Part shown: positions 49,492 to 61,162 of the stretch, piece after piece | How the letters are laid out: each line of letters begins with the position of its first letter | How positions within the stretch are numbered: position 1 is the first letter of the stretch | Notes under the pieces: generated by a model | The model's input: the letters and a program-made list of their open reading frames with translations, nothing else | Databases searched by the model: none | What the model was told of the DNA's origin: nothing | NCBI GenBank assembly: GCA_973895155.1 | Contig: OZ316899.1 | Location: 14,969,974 to 15,033,973 of the forward strand | Reading direction: 5' to 3' | DNA from: Marsupella aquatica | Lineage: Eukaryota; Plantae; Marchantiophyta | DNA: 64,000 bases | Program-made: the position numbers and the translations under genes

Positions 49492-52400
49492 TGTGATGCC
49501 TAGACAGGAATCACTCGGCCAGTTAAGTGGGTAAAGCAGGAATGCACCCTGGAAACATCTTAGTATAGGGACAAAACAAGGAAAATATAAACAATTAGGG
49601 GTGACTATGGAACCCGGGCCGAGGCCGGAGGTAAGGACGCTGGGGGTGAAAACTCGATTAGGGTTAGGGCGCGTTAAGCGTCGGCGGCTAGGAAGGATCA
49701 ACGGGAGGAAGGACCGGAAGAGGAGAGGGGTAAGGAGCGCTTGCAGGAAATGGTGGCTCATTTGCGAGCACGAACTAGGCAGACGACTACAGGAGGCCAA
49801 CTACTGTCAGCTGCTTAGGCAAGCACTCGGGGAGAGAATAGATACCGATGATTGACGTAAGGAGGGTATGAGCAACGTCAATCAAGCGGCACATTTCTGG
49901 GGATGCCTGTTCGAACGGGCAACTGAGTACATCAAGACTTACGAGGACAAGGAATCAGAAAGGGCAGCTCGAGAACGGCAGGAGCTCGCTCGATTGTGGG
50001 AGCTGCAGAAGATAGCTTTCTTAGGAGGCGAACTCATCAAGGACGAGTTCTTGTGGACTCCTACTTCCAATCAGCTCGACGATCTTCTGTTTTGCAAAGA
50101 CAGCGTCGTCAGCATCCGAGAGGCCATCAAGAACTGCAACGACATACACTGGGAATTGAAGGGTAGCACGGAAAGGTGGACCCAGGCAACGGTGCTAGGA
50201 GAAACCTCCACGGCAGCAGAGATGAAGAGGAAAGGAGCCATCAACGATGAAGCCACCCCGACAAAAAGAACGAGGTCGGCGACACCAAAGAAGCCAGCCG
50301 AGCAGCAGAGCAGGAGGCAGGGAGAAGCCGAAGAGGAGGAGGTCGATCCCATCAAGGCCATTCCAACCAGGGATGACACCTGGAAAGGCTGGGCGGCAAC
50401 CCTACCGGTAGAGGCGCAACTACATTTTGCACGGGAGGAGGATGCATGCTTTACGGCCATGCAGACCAAGAAGTACCAAGGCTTCATGGCCGGATCCGGC
50501 TTAGAGGCCTTTGTAAGATTACCATGGCTGAAGCCGGAGGTGCCGGATTCAGACCTATTAGAATTCGTGGGGTCATGGGAACCCGAGACCAATTGCACGA
50601 GGATATATGGGAAGGATTTCTATCTTACTCCCAAGGTGATTGCCGATAGGCAATAAGACCAAAGTTGATACCAGAAAGACCTTGCCTGACAAGGAGTTCC
50701 GGTCGTTCCCCGGGCCATCAACGAAGAATGGCTTCTTCCGGAACACCTGCACCAACCCGCACATAGGAGAGATGATCGACTTCTTGAGGGTGACCATGCA
50801 CGGTAACTTGCCGAGGGCAGAGATCGGCAAGGCACAGGTCTATCTGGCAGAGAGGCCAGACCCAAGCCGGGACTACAACGGGTACCTCCTCAACCAATTG
50901 AAGAAGATCTTAAAGGAGGAGCAGCAGGTAATCGGCATGGGGAGCATGTCGCGGCTTGGCTATCACATGCCGCTGTTGTGCCGGTATGCCAGAGGTCAGA
51001 CCTTTGCCCCAGTACTTCCCCTGCAGGTAAGGGCACCCGAGGAAGCTCCAGCACCGAGGCCGGTAGCAGAGAAGCCTCAACCACCTGTTAGCCCTACGAT
51101 CGAGCAGGTGTTTAGGCCAAGGAAGGAAGACTTGCCGATGCAGCAACCAGGCATGCAGAATCTGCTGAAACTACTGGAGAAAGAAAGATCGGCATCGGCA
51201 ACGACAACGGCAATGGCAACAATGCAGGACACTACTCCAGAGGTAGGCCTACACCGGCTTACAAGGGAAAACCCCTTTACTAGAGACAAGGAGAGAATCG
51301 GGCCAGAATCCAAGCCGGGTGTTCGAATGTACGTGGGAGTCTCAAGCTCTGAATCTGAGGCAGAATTGCCTGAAGTTCCTACCGACGAACAGGAGAAGGA
51401 GAAGCCGGAAGTCCAAGAAGTAGAGGAGGCAGTGGAGGACGGCAGCCATGATAACTCCGACTATGGGTCGGACCATCACGTTCCAGGAGTAAGGACCTGT
51501 GGCCGGTTTATCCCCACACTTCCAAGGGTAGTACGAGGGGACCCCAACCAGCAAAGTAGCCCTGAGTCTCCCCCACCAGATGTTGCTCCCCCGAGCTTTG
51601 ACGGCATAAAACAGACGGCGCAGGAATTTTAGGAGCGAATCAGGCAGGAAGAGGAGGCAGCCCTGGCTAGAGAAAAGGATTTTCCAGGAGGAGATTGGCC
51701 GGAGGACATCAAGCGGCTAGCCGAAAAAGGAAGCAAACCTCTAGCCACGATTGAAGAGATCCGCAAGACGGCTTGGGAGCAGAGGCCGCGATGGATGATG
51801 CCGATGACTTCTACTTCCTCCACCTATGCTAAGGACAGAGCCATGGAGTACGGGGAGATGTGTGGAGAACTGGCGCTCAACATATTTGGGGAGGAGTTGG
51901 AGCAGGGACCCTTTTTCCAGAGGGAGATGTTGGAGAAGCGTCAATTAGAAGAAGCGGTGGCCTTGGAAAGAAGCAAGAAGGACGAGGTCATCCGTCGGCT
52001 TAGGGAAAGGGAAGCCAAAATCAAGGACCTGAGGGTGGCCAAGAAAGCCCAAGATGAGCTGCGGATTAAGCGGCATGAGCTAAATATCATGCAGGGCCAG
52101 TTGGATACCGCACAATCTGATAATCGGGTGATCGAGAATCTACTGACGCGGACCCAAGGAGAATTGGCCGACGCAATCAAAGAGAGGGAGAAGTGGAAGC
52201 GAGAGCTGAGGAATGCAGAGGAGGCCCACATAACAGCCAACAGCCGGGCCATGGCGGAGACCCAAAGAAAGGAATGGGCATTGAAGGGGGAGCTCGAGAA
52301 AATTCGCTGAGCCCTTGAGCAGAAGGAGGCCGAGTTGGGGAAATCCTATCAAGGGATTATGGTGCTGCAACAGGAGCTTGCGTCCCTGACGGCCAGCTTC

Positions 52401-54167
52401 AAGGCCGACCTAAGGGAGAAGGACGAGATGCTCGATCAGACTTACGCCAAGATGAACCAGATGGAGTCTGTCATCATTGCAGAGCTCGACAAGGAGCTAA
52501 GAGCAACCCGAGAGGAGAGGGCTACCTTGAAGAAAGAACTGGAGGAAGCCCACAGGGAACGGGAGGAAGCCCAAAAGGAACTAGAAGAGGCGCGCAAGGA
52601 CCTGGATGAGACCCAGGAGGAGTTGGAGGAAATCACGAGGAAGATGAAGAACCTCCAGCGGCGGGCCGACAACCTAATAGAGCGGCTGAAGAAACAAGCC
52701 GTAGTATTTAAGTGCTTGTCTTCATCAGGCCCAACTCCAATTGGGGCAACCAAGTTACCAGGAGTGGTACTGGCCGAAGAACAAGCCGCGCCACCTGCAC
52801 CAGTGCCGGAAGTAAGTGGGAAGGGGAAGGGACCAGCTGCCGAACCAGAAAAGAAGAAGAAGCGGAAACCTTCAGGGTCAAGGAGTAATCCGACTCCACA
52901 GGCCGTGGTGACCAAGGAGGTAGACCCAGCACCAACCTCCGGCATGAACACGGCAATAGATCCCGCTATCATCAAAGGTGGGGATGGTGCGGCCCAAGCC
53001 AAACTACTCAGTAATGAGGCCGGTATCCCAGATCCGCCTCTTAAGCAGGCCGGGGAGACCGTAGCCGAGGCTGAGGCCGTAACCGAGAATGATTCCCAAG
53101 CCGATGCCGATGCCGATGGTGGACCCAGTCAGGCCGATGGAGAGTTGACTCAGTCAAGGGCAGGTAATCTGTCAGAGAACGAACCTACGACAGTGGCTGA
53201 GGAGGAAGCGTTGGGGGCGTCCATTGAGGATCCACCACCGGTGTTGTGACGGTACAAGGGTGCCGTTCCTTTTAGGAAGGGCGGACGTGGAGGGAGGAGG
53301 CGTGAGTGGGCAGGGCGGGCGCTGATCTCCAAGTTTAGACTTAGGATCAGGATCAGGAGATGACGCTGACACTTAGATTAGTGGGATTTTGGATCCACGG
53401 GTGTGGACGACACTTGTGCTCCTACCTCGTTGTACTTAGGTAGATTACAGTTAGGTAGATTACAATAGGTAGATTAGGCTTACGCTGCAAGGAATCAGGC
53501 GGATCCACAACCAGGATAAGTACCTGGGCAGCGGGGAGCTCAGGGCCTCTTCTTTAGCAAGTTTTTAGTTTGCACCAGCCGGGCTGGGATCAAGTAGTAA
53601 GGGAAGCTCTCGGTTAGTCATATAGTGACCCTTGTGTATATTCATGTTTCCTCATGCCTAAGAGCTGAATAGAGTTGGCCTCACGGCTTAGTTCGCAGAG
53701 CTTGTGTATGAGATGTACTGTTTGTATGGCAAGTGCATGGTATGACTCAGTTAGAAGGAGTCATTTTGCTATTTGTGTGTCGCATTAACTTGTGTGAAGA
53801 GTGCCCACATCAACTAACAGAAGGAAGGAAAGTAAGCAGGGGAGTGAGAGTTGGATGTGTCGAGCTGAGAGAGGTCTTAGCGGCTTAACCAAGCCTATTG
53901 GGGATCATTCCGGTGGCGGAATCCAAACATACCTAACAAGACGGAGGGGAAGACAAGGGAAGGCCTTGATTAGGCCGGCTACGTATCTCATGACCCGATG
54001 AAGGATCTGTCCAGTATATGTGTGTAAAATGTTAATAGTAGTAGTAGAAGGTTAGCAGCGTCCCATGCCGCTAAGCCGCGGAAACGGCCTCGCCAAGCGC
54101 GAAACCTGCGGGAATCGGCTTGAGCTGGGGGGTTTCTTGGGTTTAGGGAGCCATGGGACGCACCACA
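49492..54167 (+). mobile_element. Complete 4,676 bp solo LTR with 5-bp TSD ATTAA
   Basis: ATTAA|TGTGATGCC ... GCACCACA|ATTAA; both ends match the LTR ends flanking gag-pol. Confidence 0.95.
49607..53249 (+). pseudogene. Full-length LTR-encoded ORF (~1,220 codons reconstructed)
   Basis: Pieces 49607-49855, 49868-50645, 50640-51632, 51795-52310 and 52335-53249 join across three single stops and a 17-bp deletion between TTGCCGA repeats. Confidence 0.85.
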
Positions 54168-54172
54168 ATTAA

Positions 54173-54480
54173 GGAGCAACCTTGGTCTATTCCAGACTCC
54201 CTTAGCATACTTTAAGATATTTTCCCTTGTGTTTTGTTAATCATTCTCTTTTCATTAATTTATGGTTACATGATGCTGAGTTATCATTGAAAACTACTCA
54301 CCGCTGTGGAGCGATCTTCAAAATACCTTAGTAAAGTAATCAAACTTGATTACTATGTGTGGAAAACATCTTAAGTCTATTATTGTTGTTTAAATCTATC
54401 AAACCAACCCCATCTTGTTCTTTACGGGAATGAATACCGAGTTTGAAGACCTTTAAGTGTGTTTTTGGTTCTTCATAGCA
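54173..54480 (-). mobile_element. Possible decayed LINE RT C-terminal fragment
   Basis: SRKEQDGVGLIDL resembles the PKxxGGLGLxDL LINE motif. Confidence 0.3.
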
Positions 54481-54489
54481 AACTACAAC

Positions 54490-55059
54490 TACCTTCTGAC
54501 TAACTGGCCGCACTACCTCTGACCGGCTTACCGTCAGTGGCAAGGGGCGCTGACCGGGGTGGTAGTGGCTAAGTCTACTGACCAAAATCTAGTCCGTCAA
54601 TGGACTCTATCCTACGTCGGCTGATCCTAATTGATCCTGTCTTAATTCTTCTTATTGCGCCGCTAATTGGCATCTAATGACAGCTATTCTGTCGTTAAGC
54701 CTAATCAAAAAGATGTTGCTGACTCAACTACCTTGCGCGGCGCCAGCCCACACCCTTCGCTAACCACCCCTTACGTGCGTGTTGTGGTCGGGCCAGGGTT
54801 TGTCCCCTTGCCGGGGCAAGACCTCGAGCCGCCTTGATCAGAGGTGGGCCCAGGTCTTGCCCGTTGGAGGACAAGCAAGGTAATGCGGTCCTGCAAGGCC
54901 TTGTTATCCTGTACCGCCTCCTCTGCCTCATTTGTAGCTTCATCGGCCTTGGTCTGGACCCGTGCTACCTCTAGGCTGAGCTGGCCGATGGAGTCACGAT
55001 GGGTCTGGTTCTGTGCCAGCAATTTATCCCGCTTGGCGGAGAGACTAGCCACCTGCTAA
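54490..55059 (-). mobile_element. Fragment of another coiled-coil LTR-ORF element, cut by CACTA-B
   Basis: LSLEVARVQTKA resembles LQAEVARIQTKA of the 22.7-25.4 kb ORF. Confidence 0.4.
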
Positions 55060-55339
55060 CACTAGTAGAAATACCCCCTATTTTTGACCAAACCACTATT
55101 GACTAATGTGACAAGGTTATGGAAGTTTAGGGAGTTATCACTACATATGTCTTAAGTATCACTTCTACAAACTATCCACTCATTTGTTGCGACTCCTTCA
55201 TAAGGAAAATGGCAGGTCCACTATCCAAGCCAAATGTCTTAGTGCTAAGTACTTATGTGAGTGAGCGCTAATCACCAATTGCCAAACATTCAAGCTTTTA
55301 ATGTGAGAAAGTCTCAAATAGTAGAGGTACCCCATTAGG

Positions 55340-55497
55340 TGAGCCCCTTACATGTCATTGGCTCCTTTACATGAGCCCCTTGCATGTCACTGGCTCCCTT
55401 ACATGTCATTGGCTCCTTTACATCAGCCCCTTACATGTCATTGGCTCCTTTACATGAGCCCCTTGCATGTAACTGGCTCCCTTACATGTCACTGGCT
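55340..55497. repeat. Subterminal minisatellite (CCCCTTACATGTCAYTGGCTCC units)
   Basis: About six TACATGTCAYTGGCTC-type copies with a higher-order period. Confidence 0.85.
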
Positions 55498-56189
55498 GAG
55501 TACATTAGTACTCTCCACCCTTGTGTGCGGGAGCGAAAGTTTAAGGTCTTTGTCTGCAGAGAGGGTTTAGCGAGGGGAAGGGAGGGGAGGGGAGGAGGAG
55601 CGAATGAGGTGACTATCGATAGTCGATAGTTGATTGATCAAGGAGGGAGGAGGAGCGAATGAGGAGTGTGTCGGGATTTCTTCTCGCTACCACTCTTACT
55701 AGAGCTTTTAGGAAGGCGGAAGTGTTTACGACCACACTTGAAGCGCAACGGCAGCGATTTTCAGTCGAGTGCTAAGTGCGAGAGCGAGTGCTCCCCGAAG
55801 GCATTGCGGGGGCATTGCGGTCAGTTATTTTAGGGTCGGAGCATAAGTTTGTGGTGTGGGGGTCCATCTTCCGCCATCTGCTTTGTAAGTACTTACCTCT
55901 GACTTTGCCATGCGCAGCATTGGAATGGAGCTTTGCATGTCTGCTATCACAATGCTTGCTCTCGGTAGAAAGTGACAATGCGCAAATGCGCCCTAGACTT
56001 ACTCTTTGCCTTGCGCGAAGCCTTGTTGTGGTCATGGTAGTCATCCAACACCTCTACAAAGTTGAGCTGCGGTGCTGGTCATCTCCGTCTCTCGGTAGGG
56101 TCTGATTGCTGCTATTGCCTTGCTTTCTTTCTCTTTGATATGCTACGGTAGGGTTAAGTTCTACTGGGTTCCCTGAGTTCTACAGGGTT

Positions 56190-57762
56190 TCCTCTCTTGC
56201 TCAATTCTCTCCTCGCTCTCTCTCGCCCTCTCTCTCGGTCTTGCTCATCCATCGTCTCCGCTCTCCATTGTCCTCTCTCCTGCAGATTTTCTCACTCGCG
56301 ATCCTCAAGTACGTACAAAATCTCTCCCTCTCTTATGCACGCCCATCACTATAGCAATCTGAGGTCGGGGCCGGGGTCAAACTTGGATTTCACTATGGAA
56401 ATGTAGATCAAAGTATATTGTCGGCACTTTCATTCTGCTTTGGCTGTGAAGCTTGAATCCCCACCATCCTTATACACTAATATTCTAGTGTGCGAAAGTG
56501 TTGTGCAGAACTAAGGTGGGGTGCGGGGGGTTTTTCTTTGCCTTTGCTGAGCTGCGATTTCAACTCAACGGTCCTGTATTCCATGTACAGGACATTAGTC
56601 AAATGTGATACTCTATAATGTACTCCTCCATGGACAACAGATGAGCCACAGAATTGATGAGCCACACTCTGTCTGTGGCACTCGCAGATCAATTTTCCAC
56701 CCATTCGAGAGCTTTCTCTTTTGCCAAGCTAGGCACAAAGAAATCATTCCAGGGTTTCTCAACTCCTGAGGTCTGCAATCACTCAGAGCCCTCTGCATTG
56801 TCATTGCTTTGTCTTCACTGGTGGTCTCAGGGTCAGGCATTTGTGCTGCCATTGCCAATATTTTAATTTGCTGCTTGTAGACTCGCATGTTTGCTTCAAT
56901 ATGCTACTCTACAACTAAGTTCTATTGGGTTCTTTGACTTGTGAATTCCTTTATTCAACTGTGAAAATGCTAGCCCAACAATTGTCCACTTTTATTCTAC
57001 ACAATCTTTCAGGATTAGCAATCGAGTGTCCAATCTTAGAGTCATGGGTCTTCTCGCACGTCTGTACCAGCTTTGGTTTGACTACTTCAACACTGAGCAG
57101 AATTTTCTCCTTGCTTAATTCTCTCCTTGCTCTCTCTCCGTCCGTGTGTCTCTCTCCACTTTGTCAGTACTCTGTTTGTTTGTCTTTGCTCACCATCATC
57201 TTCTCTGCTGCAGAATTCTCTCTCTCTCAATCCTCAAGTATGTACAAAAATCTCTCCCTCTCTTATGCATGCCCATCACTATAGCGATCTCAGGTCGGGG
57301 CCAGGGTCGAGCCAGGATTTCACTATGAAAGTGTAGATTGGATCATAGTATAGTGTCGGCACTTTCATTCTGCCTCGGCTGTGGAGCTTCAATTGCTCTA
57401 ATGTCATATACTAGTATTCTAGTGTGCGGAAGTGTTGTGCAGAACTAAGGTGGGGTGTCGCGTTTGTGCTGCCATTGCCAATATTTTAATTTGCTGCTCG
57501 CAGACTCGCATGTTTGCTTCAATATGCTACTCTACAACTAAGTTCTACTGGGTTCTCTGACTTGTGAATTCCTTTATTCAACTATGAAAATGCTAGCCCA
57601 ACAATTGTCCACTTTTATTCTACACAATCTTTTAGGATTAGCAATCAAGTGTCCAATCTTAGAGTCCTGGGTCTTGTGGCACGTCTATACCAGCTTCGGT
57701 TTGACTACTTCAACACTAAGCAGAATTTTCTCCTTGCTAAATTCTCTCCTTGCTCTCTCTCG
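56190..57762. repeat. Interleaved internal duplications in the CACTA-B leader
   Basis: ~56190-56525 matches ~57110-57457; ~56838-57135 matches ~57463-57762. Confidence 0.8.
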
Positions 57763-58246
57763 GTCTGTGTGACAAGACAAACCAATTTACGGGATGTGGT
57801 GGATAGGATGTTAAGGCTGGGTTGGGTTGATAGGGTAGGGGTTATTTGGGATATTTGATTGGATTTTATGTTTGGGGCGTCGATTGTATTCTACTGGCCT
57901 TCTTGCTGTGCTGAGCAATGTCCTGTTGTGGACTTTTGAATTCTTCTGCTGGTTCCCCTTATTTTCGTGGCCCCCAAAATTTATAAAAATTAATGTGTGA
58001 AAATGCTAGCCCAACAATTGCCCACCTTTAATGGCAGAAATCGTTCAGTAATTGCCTGTGTACAATCTCAGGGTCCTAAACTTAAAATTTCCTCCATGCA
58101 CACAACCCGTCTTGAATTTACAACTTGAAATTACAGTTTCTCAAATCTTTGGTATTAATTCATAGTTTTAGTTTCTCATTCCTTGCATGCTTCACTACGT
58201 CACTGACTCTGGCCATATTGTGTTGTTTTCTATCGGGGTAGAAGTC

Positions 58247-58969
58247 ATGGCTCGTCCAAAACGGCCAGCACACAGAGGCGGATCACAGGTGAGGCACAAT
58301 TCCATGAGTAGACATCATCATTGGTCCAATGCACAAATTCATCATAAAGCCGCTCATGTCTGTGCCATTTGTGATGATGGAGGTGACCTGGTCATGTGTG
58401 ATGGCCCCTGCCTGAGACAATTCCATGTCAATTCCTGGTCCACTTACGCACCACAAAATGCATGCCCTGGGGCTGGGCTCCGGGGGGACCATCGGGGTGC
58501 TTGGACTTGCTTTGATTGTGCCACTAATATCAGCAAGTGTGCTCAATGTGGCACAAACGACACTGTTGGGGGGGATCAACCAGAGCTGCGGAAATGTCCT
58601 GACAGGTTTTGTGTTCGTTTTTTTTGTTTGACATGCCTGCCCCATGATAACTCTCTTTGCCCACTACATATTTGTCCTGCTTGTGGGGAGCCTGATGATG
58701 ACTACTGGATAGACATGGTCCATTGTCCCAGATGTCCCACGGCCTGGCACCATGAGTGTTTACTAGCCCTTCAGGCAGAAGGGTATGCATGTGACCGCCA
58801 AATTTATTCCCACTTTGCACACGGGGTTGATAGGTGGTTTTTGTATTGCCACCTCCATACGATTGACCCTCATTTGCAGACCCCTGCGAGAGACCACTTG
58901 ACTTGGCTATTGCTGGATGACACCTCCAGCGCCAGCAACAAAACAAGTGGATCAGCACCAACAGGCTGA
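58247..58969 (+). CDS. Multi-PHD-finger protein, EDM2-type (CACTA cargo)
   Basis: MARPKRPA...VCAICDDGGDLVMCDGPCLRQFH...CPLHICPAC...CPRCPTAWHHECL...FLYCHLHTIDPHLQTPARDHL; intact ORF. Confidence 0.88.
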   Translation: MARPKRPAHRGGSQVRHNSMSRHHHWSNAQIHHKAAHVCAICDDGGDLVMCDGPCLRQFHVNSWSTYAPQNACPGAGLRGDHRGAWTCFDCATNISKCAQCGTNDTVGGDQPELRKCPDRFCVRFFCLTCLPHDNSLCPLHICPACGEPDDDYWIDMVHCPRCPTAWHHECLLALQAEGYACDRQIYSHFAHGVDRWFLYCHLHTIDPHLQTPARDHLTWLLLDDTSSASNKTSGSAPTG

Positions 58970-59872
58970 GCTAAATGAATCCAACATTGCACATCTCACA
59001 TTTTGGACTTTTTAATGAAGTGGGCACCTCACTGCGCTGTCAACCATAGCTCAGAGACACCCCGCTGCAGTGAGCTATTGATCGACTTTGTGACTGCATA
59101 GTAAATTTGGATCTTGCTTTTTCAGTTCAGCCATACATGGTTCTGTCCTTATACTTTCGTACACGATGACACCTCCAAAACTAACTAAGTTAACTTATTT
59201 TTTGAAGACTGATTAAGTTAATTGCAATTTCAAAGTTAGGGCCTGCACAAGGATGTCTGTGTTTTTTCCACTTTGAGTGAATCATGTGTATGGTAAGAGA
59301 CCATAACTGTGAAAGACTAAAGATTCCAAGCAGACTGTTGCCTGGAGTAAAACAACATGCATGCATTGGAGTATGAAAATACATATATAGCTCAAATTAT
59401 GTATTTGTTTCTGCTCTTAACAAAGGTCATCTTAAGTCGTGTGCCTGACCCATACATTTGTACAATTACAGATGTGACTGGAAATTGGGCAGTTGAATGA
59501 TATCATTCTCAGTCCCCACCATTGTCACGTAAGATACAGGTATTCGAATGTGAATTCAGCCTATATGCAAACAAGACAATATAAAGGGCCACATGTATGC
59601 TATGTGTATACTGAAGTAGGCTGTCGCTCTACTTTCATCAATGTAATTACATGAACACATGGTGAAACTAATTTGACTGAAGAGTATATGGTTTGTCCTA
59701 TAACTCCGTGCTGGGATTTACTGCATGTATTGACTTTTGATCCTGTCATGTGGGCCACAATCAGGGAGCTAGAGTGCACTTTGTGTCATCAAAGAGCATT
59801 GGGCTGAAGCATTGAGGGGCAGGCAATGTGGGCACTGGTATTTCTCTATTGGCTTTTATTACAGGAGGCATC

Positions 59873-60799
59873 ATGCCTTCCAAACGGAAGCGTGAACCTG
59901 TCCCCCTTCCAACTTCCCAGTGTGCTCCCATCTTCCAAGGGGTCAGAGTCTTTTTTGTCCCAGGTATTCAGAGTGCAAGATTGGATATCCTTAGGAGAAA
60001 ACTCATTGAGTGTCACGGTACACAGATACAATCTCAACTACAGGACACTGAAGTCACCCATATTATTGCAGAAACATGGGAACATTGTCTGAAAATGGCA
60101 TCTTGGTCGGTTTTCTATGACAAAGTCTTCTTGAGGCATGTCAAAATACTTTCAGCAGAATGGATGTCTGACTCCCTTAGAAAAGGGAGTGTCCAAGATC
60201 CTGATGATTATAATTTGTTTGAGAGCAAGTACAATAGCGTCCAAATGATGAAAGACAGTCGAGATTGGCACAAGGCTTGTAGAATTGCAGGGAGCGGTGG
60301 GAGTAGGGTTCCGTCTATTGACCAGATCACAAAAGTATACAACAACATTATCCCATATGAGACAGAACCCATCCCAGACCGTACCATGTTCAGAGGTGTG
60401 AGGGCTGTTATACTTGACAAGTCTATCAAGCCATATAGGGTCTGTCATTTCAAGAGGGAGATCAGTAGAAGAGGTGGTACAATGATTGAGAAGCTCACTA
60501 ATGAGACCACCCATCTCATTGCTCATTCATATTCTAAGGCATGCCGAGAGTATGGAAAGTCCACAGTACGATGGCTCATCACACATGGGCTGCGTGTGGT
60601 CTACCCTGAATGGGTCAGGCAGTCACTTTCAACAAATATGCGATTAGATGAGCATAAATATGATTTATATGAAATATGGCCAGCAAAGCCATTCATTCCC
60701 TATGACGACCCAGAATATGTTACTTCTGAGTTCCAGACCACGGATGAAGAGTTTTCTGATAGTGCGTATGATTCTGTTAGCCCTAATGATTATGAATAA
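59873..60799 (+). CDS. Tandem-BRCT protein (CACTA cargo)
   Basis: MPSKRKR; IFQGVRVFFV...VTHII...SAEWMSDSL; MFRGV...RRGGT...TTHLI...YPEWVRQSL; intact ORF. Confidence 0.87.
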   Translation: MPSKRKREPVPLPTSQCAPIFQGVRVFFVPGIQSARLDILRRKLIECHGTQIQSQLQDTEVTHIIAETWEHCLKMASWSVFYDKVFLRHVKILSAEWMSDSLRKGSVQDPDDYNLFESKYNSVQMMKDSRDWHKACRIAGSGGSRVPSIDQITKVYNNIIPYETEPIPDRTMFRGVRAVILDKSIKPYRVCHFKREISRRGGTMIEKLTNETTHLIAHSYSKACREYGKSTVRWLITHGLRVVYPEWVRQSLSTNMRLDEHKYDLYEIWPAKPFIPYDDPEYVTSEFQTTDEEFSDSAYDSVSPNDYE

Positions 60800-61162
60800 G
60801 GTCTCAACTGTCTGTATGCTAGATGGTTACATTTTTGAAATAAACTTTTGTGTGTTATTTTTTGTCTACAAGACATTACTCCTTTTCATCCTCCAAATGT
60901 CTTGGTTTTGCATGTGGAGATGTATGGCAGTGTATGATGTACGTTGTACCATTGACTGGTCAACGACCAAGCACTTCACTGATTATAGCAAGTCTGTTAT
61001 GATGTTGCTGCCTGCAGTGAGCAGATGATACGTGAGCAGGTCGGGCGCCAGCACAGAGTGGACTTGATAGTGAGTGTGTTTAGCGTTTGTGATATGTCCT
61101 TCATGAAACTTGCATGTGTCCCCTCCATGTACTTAGAATATGCAATTGTATAAGCGTGTCTA

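Noticed and set aside
47256-54167. Large inverted-repeat (TIR or foldback) element
   Set aside because: Two independent LTRs in opposite orientation; the plus-strand one has its own ATTAA TSD.
55340-55497. CRISPR-like array
   Set aside because: Units are contiguous with no unique spacers; eukaryotic subterminal minisatellite.
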